A DNA stretch of 36,904 bases from the NCBI GenBank assembly GCA_000934665.2, contig JYFJ02006683.1, positions 1-36,904 on the forward strand, in the 5' to 3' direction. The notes beneath the pieces were generated by a model that was given only the letters and a program-made list of their open reading frames with translations, did not search any database and was not told where the DNA came from. Positions 1-9,423 of this stretch are shown here, piece after piece. Within the stretch, counting starts at the first letter, position 1. Every line of letters starts with the position of its first letter. A program made the translations under genes and the position numbers. The DNA is from Catajapyx aquilonaris (taxonomy: Eukaryota).

Positions 1-174
1 ATTGGCGGGAAATTTTGTCATCCCGGTGACGTCACTACCGCTGCGCTATAATTGGCCCGATCCGTTATGGCTCTACCCTTCCTTCTATATACCCTGGCTG
101 CCTCAGCCTGTCTAATGGAAAAGGATAGGGAGTACCTCCTCTAGGTATTATATTATATAATAGCAGAACTCTTT

Positions 175-545
175 GGATAGTAACTAACGATGCGATGTGG
201 CATAACCTGGCAACAGCAGAGCCATCTAGCAACTTAACTCCGCCTCCTAGGAGATGCGCGGATAGTCAACAGCGGTTCTGTTGTTGCCAGGTTATGACGT
301 ATCGCGTTGTTGTTTGCTAACAACGACGCGATACGCCATTACCTGGTTACAACTGCTCGCCATCTATCAACAAAACAGGCTGCTCGACTCGTGCCTCTCG
401 CGTGACGCGTCTGAGCGCACCCATTCCTTGTGTATGAACCCCCTTTAGATGGCGTTTTCGGACACGGTTTTCTATGTCAAAAATACTTGTCTTGGTCCCC
501 TCTATTACCCCTGAAAGTCTTTGCAGAGTTACAATAAACACCCTG
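175..545. mobile_element. MITE family A (Tc1/mariner-like), 5'-truncated copy (centre plus right arm)
   Basis: Colinear with about 4342-4716 of the full copy (CATAACCTGGCAACAGCAGAGCCATC...GACGCGTCTGAGCGCACCC...CTTGGTCCCCTCTATTACCCC). Ends CACCCTG followed by TA (546-547). Confidence 0.85.
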
Positions 546-681
546 TATATATATTAGAGGAAAATAATATATAATTATAGCATTTCATTTGTCATTTGCT
601 CAGTCACATGCCCAATTGACTAATATATTATCATATCATACCAAGAGCTAATGGCCATCCCATGCGCATTTGTTGTATATT

Positions 682-760
682 ACATTTTTTATGTCATACG
701 CATTTTTTTGTATGTTACAATAGTGTAACATACAAAAAATGCATATGACATAAAAAATGT
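682..760. repeat. AT-rich near-perfect palindrome (about 38-bp arms, ATAG loop)
   Basis: ACATTTTTTATGTCATACGCATTTTTTTGTATGTTACA-atag-TGTAACATACAAAAAATGCATATGACATAAAAAATGT. An orphan CACCCTG-TA terminus lies at 774-782. Confidence 0.8.
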
Positions 761-883
761 GACGTTTGCGGTACACCCTGTATCGCGCGTGCTTGTAAAT
801 GTCATTCTGGCACCATGAAAACATGACACATACGCTGCATTTCCCCCCGTTGCGTTGTGTTGGTGTGTTGTACCTAACAACGC

Positions 884-1151
884 TCTGAACCGCTCCGAAC
901 CTCCCTCCGGAACCGGGTTCATCTCCGGAGTCGTTGGCCCGAACCAAACGCCGGACCAAGCTGGCAAGCTCCTAACAAACTCCTGAGTCCTGACCCGCTC
1001 TTACCTTGGCTCCACTTTCCCCCCCGAACCGGCTCGAACCCGAACCAAGCTCCGACGCGACGCGACGCGACGCTCGCTCCAAACCCGGCTCTTCTCCTCT
1101 GGAGTGGCTCCGCTGTTATAGGGTTTCGCGGAGCAAGGTTCGGTTCGGTTC
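884..1151. repeat. C-rich tract of dispersed (CC)GAACC/GGTTC(GG) and GCTCC motifs, probably a transposon subterminal repeat region
   Basis: Repeated GAACC motifs on the left, GGTTCGGTTCGGTTC at 1137-1151, and (GACGC)n near 1054-1073. No clear termini. Confidence 0.4.
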
Positions 1152-1286
1152 ACAACCCAGTTTATAAGCAGCATTAAGGAATAGGCGAGTACATCTGTAA
1201 TTATTTTCACCAAGATCCGAGACGGTCTAGCAACATTTAGGCCCACTTGATTCGGAACGACCCTAGTAAACCGTTCCAAACCTTAA

Positions 1287-1434
1287 GGGCCAGTTGCACC
1301 GGCCTCAGTATAACTTAGAACCTCGGGTATAACAAGAATTGCCATAGCAATCGTTGTTGACCAACAATGATTGCTATGGCAATTCTTGTTATACCCGAGG
1401 TTCTAAGTTATACTGAGGCCGGTGCAACTGGCCC
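1287..1434. mobile_element. PIF/Harbinger-type (Tourist-like) MITE, 148-bp almost perfect hairpin
   Basis: GGGCCAGTTGCACCGGCCTCAGTATAAC...GTTATACTGAGGCCGGTGCAACTGGCCC, flanked by TAA (1284-1286) and TAA (1435-1437). Confidence 0.9.
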
Positions 1435-1450
1435 TAAAACGATATAATTA

Positions 1451-1756
1451 CAGGGTGTAAATGAATTCAGGGGACAAACTTGTAGCGGTAACAGAAGGGA
1501 CCAAGACAAACATATTTGACATAGGAACCCGTGTCGGGAAATGCCATCTAGAGGGGGTTCATAGACGAGGAACGGGTGCGCTCAGACGCGTCAGGCGCCT
1601 AGCGCCTCTCGCGTGACGCGTCTGAGCGCGCCCGTTCCTTGTCTATGAACCCCCTCTAGATGGCGTTTCCGGACACGGGTTCCTGTGTCAAAAATACTTG
1701 TATTGGTCCCCTCTATTACCCCTAGAAGTTTGTCCCCTGAATTCATTTACACCCTG
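1451..1756. mobile_element. MITE family A, short (internally deleted) complete copy, 306 bp
   Basis: TA-CAGGGTGTAAATGAATTCAGGGGACAAAC...GTTTGTCCCCTGAATTCATTTACACCCTG-TA. Inverted arms of about 140 bp are homologous to the arms of 4149-4716. Confidence 0.92.
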
Positions 1757-2042
1757 TACCTCAAAAATGGACAGAGAGAGAGATGGGGAGGGGGAGAGAG
1801 AGAGACGCGGGCCAGGCAGCGACATCTGACGGAGACGTGCCGAAGAAAGACGGTGCAGATGGAAGCGAGTCGCCGCCCTGGAGGTGGCGCCCCGCTGCCG
1901 AGATGGGAACTCCGTGGAAAGGTCGTGGCTTTTTTTTAGGCGGTCGGTTTTTTTCCGTTTTATAAATTCCCTGGTCACTTTTTCCAAAAAAAAACAAAAG
2001 TGATTTGCAAATATAGAAACGCGGGCTAAATTTAGACACAAC

Positions 2043-2307
2043 ACCGAAGCAGGTTGGTGTAGGGGTTAAGGAGCCAGACTGCTAATCGGGAGGTCCTGGG
2101 TTCTAATCCAGGGGCGGGCGATCCTGACCGTGGCTTTGGGTGGTTTTTCACGGTCCTCCCAGGATAATTCCGGGATTGCTTCCGTATGATAGGCCACGGC
2201 CGCTTCCTTCATTTCCTATCATTGGCCCCATCAAATGGTGGTATTCCACCCCCTAATGGAGCGCCGATTCTCCCAATGGGGTGTAACAAACAAACACACA
2301 AACAAAC
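2043..2307 (+). mobile_element. tRNA-derived SINE, family 1 (copy a)
   Basis: A-box TGGTGTAGGGG, B-box GGTTCTAATCC, anticodon-like arm GACTGCTAATC and (CAAA)n tail. TSD AATTTAGACA(C/T)AAC at 2029-2042 and 2308-2321. Homologous to 27879. Confidence 0.9.
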
Positions 2308-2953
2308 AATTTAGACATAACTCCCAAAGCTGTAGGCCGTACGGTGCGGGAGGAGTTGCGGCCTCAGTAGGGTATTAATAATATAGGTTGATTGATTCGA
2401 CTTGATTCATAAATTGCCACATAAAGTTGATTTCAAAGCGTGTGAGGTGATACTTCTCGTTCGCGCCACCCCAGAGAGCGCTACAATCGCGGCGACCGGG
2501 GACCAGGGACCCAGGACAGGCGACCCGCGACCGGCTGCAGGTGTTGTAGGAATATCCTTTTGGCTTGTATCTTGACCCCGATAACGTGAGAATTAGTAGC
2601 TGAGGTGATGTTTGCACAACACGATAAGCCAAGGAAAATTAGAAAGGGCAAAAATGTTCAAAATTCAGGGGAGTAAAATGAGTCAGTTTGGTTGTGAGTA
2701 GGCATGTAAGCAGGCAGAGCCATCGCTGGGTCGTCCTCGTAGTCACTCGCTCCATGTAAACAGTGGCAACAATGGAAATAACACTGTAAGCGACCTCCAT
2801 TATGATGATGTCTGAACGGCGCGGTTGCCAGGTAACGCCAACGCCGTTGTTTACATTTAAAGACTGCTAATGTGTCGGACACTGTACAATGCGTGGCCTT
2901 CTCTTGTCAGCTCTATCTGGGGACCTCACTCTCCAACATGTGCTCCCTACCTA

Positions 2954-3173
2954 CACTGTTACGCTAACAGCAAAACATTAAAAGAGCATCACTAATGGCG
3001 AGTCACCCATGGAGCATCAATTTTTAATACCCTTTTAATGCTCTTGTCGGCTCTTGTGATGCTCCTGTGATGGTAAAAAGCATCACAAGAGCATAAGCGG
3101 AGCATTAAAAGTTGATGCTCCATGGGAGACTCACCATCAGTGATGCTCTTTTAATGTTTTGCAGTTTACAGTG
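2954..3173. mobile_element. CACTG-ended foldback MITE (CMC/EnSpm-like)
   Basis: TA-CACTGT...GCAAAACATTAAAAGAGCATCACT / AGTGATGCTCTTTTAATGTTTTGC...ACAGTG-TA, with internal GAGCAT/ATGCTC repeats. The superfamily call rests on the termini only. Confidence 0.8.
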
Positions 3174-3404
3174 TAGGTAAGGGCCAAGTGGAATGGTGTC
3201 CTTCTTCACCAAACATGGGTGGGATGAGACCCTTCTCACCCAAAGCCTTATATTTTGAAGCTCGAAATGAGGGGGAAAGAGGCCTTTTTTGATCAAGATC
3301 TTTTCCCCCCCATGGCGCCTTGAAAATCTGCTACAAGATTGCAGCGACATCTCCATTTTTGACTTTTGAGGAATGAGGCCCTTTTTCCTAACAACCCTAA
3401 CAAA

Positions 3405-3455
3405 ATTTCCTGCTCATTGGGCAGCACAAATTATGCTGCCCAATGAGCAGGAAAT
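3405..3455. repeat. Perfect 22-bp-stem hairpin
   Basis: ATTTCCTGCTCATTGGGCAGCA-caaatta-TGCTGCCCAATGAGCAGGAAAT. Confidence 0.85.
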
Positions 3456-3578
3456 GTCTTTCTTCACGTGGAAAACATCAGCAAAACTTGCTCTAATATT
3501 TCTGTCGCATGCCGCATCGACGTCTCTCAGCCAGTAACGGTGTAGATAATTTGATCTTTGATTTGGTCAAGGAATATA

Positions 3579-4014
3579 CAGGGTGTTCATGAAAAACACC
3601 GACAAACTGATAACCAGTGGCCAATGGTAACGTGAGGGTCATTTTATGTAGAGGAGTCATTATGTCTACACCGCCTCATTACTGAGATAATTGACTCGTT
3701 GCTGATTAGCGATTTTTGCCTAATCGCTCCTTCTGACTTTTAAATAGAATTTACAGGTGTAACTAGCCATAGAGGCCTTACCACCTGTGGGCAACAAACC
3801 AACAAAGTCCGGCCCCCAGACCTTCCAGACCCTTCTGACTGGGGAAGGGTTCGTTGGGTGGCCTAACTTCCAGGATATTTTATACTGCCTGTTTGAAGGC
3901 AATTTGCGCGGTAATGAGGCGGCCCAGGAATAATCACTCCTCTACATAATGTGATCGTCTGGTCCCTAGGTCGGGGGTGATATAGGTGTGTCCGTGTTTT
4001 TCATGAACACCCTG
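3579..4014. mobile_element. MITE family B (Tc1/mariner-like), 436 bp
   Basis: TA-CAGGGTGTTCATGAAAAACACCGACA...TGTCCGTGTTTTTCATGAACACCCTG-TA. Subterminal inverted repeats TTATGTAGAGGAGT..CCGCCTCATTAC / GTAATGAGGCGG..ACTCCTCTACATAA. Confidence 0.88.
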
Positions 4015-4148
4015 TATACGTATCTCTTGTGTACAGTACATAATGTGGCTCCTACTGACCAACTTGTAATTTAAATTTTCTAGAAAAAAGCAGATATAAG
4101 TTCATTATGTGTCAATTTGGAAACAATTTCCAGGTTTAGCAAACAATA

Positions 4149-4716
4149 CAGGGTGTTTCCGCGAGCTACCTTTAGAAACTTCTAGGGGTAATAGAAGGGA
4201 CCAAGACAAACATATTTCACATAGGAACCCGTGTCCGGAAACGCCATCTAGAGGGGGTTCATAGACAAGGAACGGGTGCGCTCAGACGCGTCACGCGGGA
4301 GGCGCTAGCCGAGCGGACTGTTTTGTTGATAGATGGTGCTCGGATAGTAAACACCATGTGATGTGCCATAACCTGGCAACAGCAGAGCCATCCAGCAACT
4401 AAAGTCAGCCTCCTAGGAGACGCGCGGAGAGTAAACAACGGTTCTGTTGTTGCCAGGTTATGGCGTATCGCGTCGTTGTAAGCAAACAACGACGCGATAC
4501 GCCATAAACTGGCAACAACTGCGCGCCATCTGTCAACAAAACAGTCCGCTCGCCTAGCGCCTCCCACGTGACGCGTCTGAGCGCACCCGTTCCTCGCCTA
4601 TGAACCCCATCTAGATGGCGTTTCCGGACAAGGGTTCCTAAGTTATATGAAATATGTTTGTCTTGGTCCCCTCTATTACCCCTAGAAGTTTCTAAAGATA
4701 GCTCGGAAACACCCTG
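4149..4716. mobile_element. MITE family A, long complete copy, 568 bp
   Basis: TA-CAGGGTGTTTCC...GGAAACACCCTG-TA, with inverted arms of about 190 bp and two internal hairpins. Confidence 0.92.
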
Positions 4717-6300
4717 TATACCTACTTTCTGGAAGCTATGCCGGTATTACTTCGGAGTAGGTTATTCCTGACATTTGCACTACGGAATATTGCTATCTAG
4801 AAGAATACTCGGTATAACTGCCATCTTGCTGACTTTTTGACACCCTGTAGAGTGGTATAAAGCCACTCTTAGGAGGCATGCAATAGGTGGGAATCTGACT
4901 CGCAGAAGGGTCAGTCATTAAATGACAATTGCTTCAAAGGGCTACAGCTTCAAGGCAGTTATAATTTGCGGACGCCACTCCTGGAAATAATCTGCAGCAT
5001 TGGAGATAGGGGTGTGACGTCGTCATTTAAGGTCTAGGGAAGGGTCGGGAATAATATTCTGAAATAGCTGGCACCTAATGGACCACTACTTCATAAACGA
5101 GTGTCGTCTGGAGGCGCACTTTCTTATGCCAGGAAGGATTTCCCCCATTTACGACAGGGGGGCCGAGTTTCAATCTCAGAATCCTCCTATTTAATCGCTC
5201 CTAAGCTGCATTCGGTCCTGGCGACGTGACTCGCATGGACGATCCTCTTCTGTTTCCCTTCTCTGGAGCAGAGAAAAAGATCTCCTTGGAAATAAGGCGC
5301 AGATAATAATTTGATCGATACTTGAGATATAGTAGTGTGTATAAGGGCCTCAGGGTCTGCCTGCAAAGATGGTAGTAAAATGGAGATTGGAAGAGGTGAG
5401 CACACGAGGCTTTGTGTCTCAATAAAGCCAGTTGCTATGTGCAGTTACGGGGGCCCTAGCTCGCTTTGGGACTTTAATGCCCGGCCAAATATTGAACTGG
5501 CAACTGCATATCTTCGCAAATATTTATTCCTGTTGTATCTCGCGACTCGGGCGCGAGAGGTACTGCTTTGTACCTGTTCCAACTCCCCGCAGACATTTTT
5601 ATTAATAAAAAAGCGACTTTCGATAGTTTAGTGCCGTGAGAGTGTTTCATTTTGCCAAGTTTACAGCAATACGGAATTGTATTGACAGGACCCGAAGAAT
5701 ATACAATGATCAGATCCAGCAGCAATTCCAAATCGGACGGCCCTTCCACGGTGACTGGGCGGCACATATGCTCCAGGATGTTTGAGAGACAGAATATATG
5801 TTGTGTGTATAGAGCGCACGACCGTGGGCGAGAGAGAAAGCCAAACGAATTAAATCGAGACAATGACATAGAGTTTAGAGTATAGTTAAATAAATAACAG
5901 GCAACAAGAACATGCAACACGTTTGGCACTGCCTGAGAGTCTGTTCCATTTCCGCGATAAACAAAAAAAATGCTATCGTTCTTCATAAATGCATCCTACG
6001 GAAGTCTACATGTTTCTTTATTCTTGAATTAAAATGTACACTAGAAAAACCCTCGCTTCGCTCGCTTTTTTCTAGGCCCGTGGCCTACGGTGGTGGAGGC
6101 CATATTGTTAATCGCTTTGGACTTCGAACAGCCTCGGTTATCAGAACACGTCCCAGTGACGTTCCAAGAACGAACTGCGTACTGTCAACAACCTGACAGT
6201 TGTGCCAACTGGCCAACAATACAAGGATGGGTGGGTGGAACAGGAAGGCTAGGAGCAGGGTGTAGAGCACGGTCTTAGGTCGCGCAACTCCCTCCCCCTA

Positions 6301-6570
6301 GGGCGGCCGGGTGTAGTGGTTATCGCCACCGCCATCCACCTCTGAGGTCCCGAGTTCGATCCCCGGATCGGACAGAGGATACTTATGTAGTTATGTGGAT
6401 AGAATTTCGATGGGCTCTCTCCGTGTCCGCGTGGGTTTTCTCGGGGTTCTCCCCTTCCTCCCACTTAAAAATCCATCACATTACAGGCAATGATTAAAAT
6501 CGGTATTTAAAAGATGATCCAGTAAGAGGCCCAAGAAGGCCTTTCACAAGGTATCCATTAAGATTTTAAA
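6301..6570 (+). mobile_element. tRNA-derived SINE, family 4, with V-domain-like core
   Basis: A-box GGTGTAGTGG, B-box AGTTCGATCCC, core TCTCCGTGTCCGCGTGGGTTTTCTCGGGGTTCTCCCCTTCCTCCCAC. TSD CCTCCCCCTA at 6291-6300 and 6576-6585. Confidence 0.85.
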
Positions 6571-6870
6571 ACCTTCCTCCCCCTATGCTTGAGCTTGATG
6601 CGCACCGATTTGGCGTTGTCATCCCTCCACGGAGCATTAGTTCGGCCCACGGCTCTGCCAAAGTGCTACGGACCCAGCTGCATTCGGAAAGAACGGTTTG
6701 GGTTGGTTCAGAAAGCGTCTTCCCGAACGTGACCGTAACCGCGTAATGTTCTGTTGAGCGACGCCAGCGCCAAATCGAACATTCGCCCTCTACATATGGC
6801 TGGGGTAGAAGTGGGCGGGGGGTTGGTGTAGATGGGTACAGGGGGGGGGGGGGGGGNAAGGTTGTGAGCC

Positions 6871-7040
6871 GGGGCGGAGTGGGGGGAGAGATAAGGCGAA
6901 ACAGACCCTCCGGCCGTCAGCGATCGAATGGATAGTTCCTTCTCCTAACCATCAGATGCGCTATCTCCACCCACTGCGCATGCGTAGAACGCGGGACAAT
7001 CGGAATCGTCGGGGTAACAATATGTGGCAGACCAATCAGA
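6871..7040. promoter_or_regulatory. Promoter-like motif cluster (GC box, NRF1/ewg-like TGCGCATGCG, CCAAT)
   Basis: GGGGCGGAG 6871-6879, TGCGCATGCG 6975-6984, CCAAT 7032-7036. Motif match only. Confidence 0.25.
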
Positions 7041-8934
7041 GGGCATAACCAAACATGCCCACTACGATTTTAATATTATTATAAATTAGTATCCAGGTGG
7101 CACACGGGAAGAACTGATATGTTGTGTCATGGGAAACATCAGAAATATCCGTATGACTTCTTCACTTAACTGTAAACAATATTCTAATTTTGTAGACCCG
7201 AAGAGCACGTGGGCAAACAGCCAGGCAGGTGTTCTGGAGGAGTGATTTTATTGGCATTTACGTGAATACTTGGGGAGAGGGCAGGTGAAGAGGAAAGAAT
7301 GATCTAGATTTAGCCTATTTATTTTATTTGGGACTATTTTGTGCATTTTTTTGAAATCATGTAGTAGTTTTTGTCCTTATTGTTCTGCTGGGTGTCTAGA
7401 TAAATAATATTCAGTACAAACTTTCTGCATTTACTTCTCAAATGGCAGATTTGACTTGGTTAATGCATATGATTGCCCAGATAGGGCATAATGCAATGCA
7501 AATTGTAAATTAGACTTTTAGCTGATAATTATTATCACGATCATAATACAGTAATTATATTGTCTTTTCATTTATTGACGCAAATGGTGCGCAGCAATGC
7601 AATGGTATCGCAGTACAGCAGCAGTTGAAAAATGACGAAAACAAATTATGACGAGGCCATTAAGTATAAACACACATAATTAACTGTGCACTGTATTACT
7701 CTGTAACATGTGTTCATTAGCCTGCTAAATTATTCCCGCATTTGACATCACCAAAGAATAATGCTGCAAAGTAGTTCAATCTAATGTTATTGAAAGTGCA
7801 CGATATATTTTTCAGTATATTCTGCAAGTCGAGATGCTTCAGTTTTCCGATTCGAAATACACGGGAATGACGTCACCTACTCTAATCCACTGGTCATTCT
7901 GAAATCCCCAAATCAACGTCACGGATCATTTGATACCGGTACCAAGGATTAGTGTTTAATCCTTAGGATTAATTCGAGTGGACTACATGTAGCCTCATTG
8001 CAATAAACGTGCAGCAGCCAGATGGTTGGTCTTTCCTATGTCCTGTATATATAATTTTTTTACCCTTAACTTCTCTTTCTCTTTAACATTGTGTGGCTGT
8101 AGTATGGGGATTGGGGTTGCGGTATGGGAGCGAGGGCGGGGACGGGGGAGAAGGGGTGGGGGAGGTCGAATAATTTGGAAGGCTCGGGTACGTACTACAG
8201 TTAGGTTCTGGTCCGGACGTTGAAATATGCCCCACGATTTAGGCCATTATCGAGACACAAATGTCCTACTTATTCTCCCACGATTAAGCTCCGGATTATT
8301 TTGCTGCGGACTACACTACGTGAGGAAGATTTAGACCTTTGGATCCACTCGGGAGGCACATTCTTTGCTAGCCTAGTGTCCTGCAAATTCTTTGCGGAGA
8401 GCACAGTGCGTGATATAGGTTGGCATGAAATACACTCCTGTATTTTGTACTGCAATTTATACAATCACCCAAATATTTTTGTGGCCAGGAGCAATTTTGT
8501 GTGTCGTAGCCGCTAGAATGCGCCAGGATATTTGTTTTTTTTCTTTGTTGTTGTTTGCAAAAATGTGCACCAGAAGTGCAATTGAGCGATGTAGGCATAA
8601 AGAATTGAACGTCATTAATTTAAAGGAGATGCAATGACAAGAAAGGGGCAAGGATCGCATCCGGAAGAGGCCACACAACTTACTTGTTAGAGTGATTTTT
8701 CCATGGAGAGGAAGTTGGAGTGGGCGGCGAGGAAATAGGGACAAAGGAAGAGCAGCGAGTCCTTGGACATCGAGAATGTGAATGGCATTGAACTGCAGGA
8801 ATCAACAGTACTGTCAGTCGATTGACTTTTTTGGGCTTTTACAGCTCAATAATTGTATCATAATAGCTTATGAAACCATTATACAAGATTATTATTTTTA
8901 TAGTTAGACTGCAGTTAATAACAGTATTTTAGTC

Positions 8935-9272
8935 GGGGAGGTGCGGTGGCCAAGCCGGTAACGTTTCGGCTTGCTGATCGAAAGGTCCCGGGTTCGATCC
9001 CCGCCCGGGATTTCCCTTTCGGCTCGTTCCTTAGAGGTGTCTGGCAACCTAACCTCCAGGTCCAGGGAGACTGCACATGACCCAGTTTATGACATTGCAC
9101 TGCACCAATGTCCCCTCCCCAAGAAAACCTATCCCTACCCCATGTCCTTTCATCCTTGCACGGAGCTGAAGAAAAATCAAGAAAATGGAAAATATGGTGG
9201 TTTTCCACCCGCCTAACAGAGCGATGATCTCTCAATGGGGTAAAATTAACTAATTAATTAAAAATAAAAATA
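8935..9272 (+). mobile_element. tRNA-derived SINE, family 3 (copy a)
   Basis: A-box TGGCCAAGCCGG, B-box GGTTCGATCCC and A-rich tail. Degenerate TSD AACAGTATTTTAGT / AACACTATTTAGT. Homologous to the minus-strand copy at 15551-15936. Confidence 0.85.
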
Positions 9273-9423
9273 AAACACTATTTAGTGTCATTATAAGAAC
9301 ATTTATAATAAGTTATACAGTACATTGAAAATAAAATTTCCTAGTGGATGCTGAATATAGCAATTGGTTATAGCATTTCCAACAACGTTCATTTTTGGTA
9401 CCTTTCTACAAATGCTTGTTAAG

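Noticed and set aside
9205..9242. Self-cleaving ribozyme (twister/hammerhead) in the SINE tail
   Set aside because: CCGCCTAAC recalls a twister 5' end, but the remaining conserved motifs and pseudoknots, or a CTGATGA/GAAA core, are absent.
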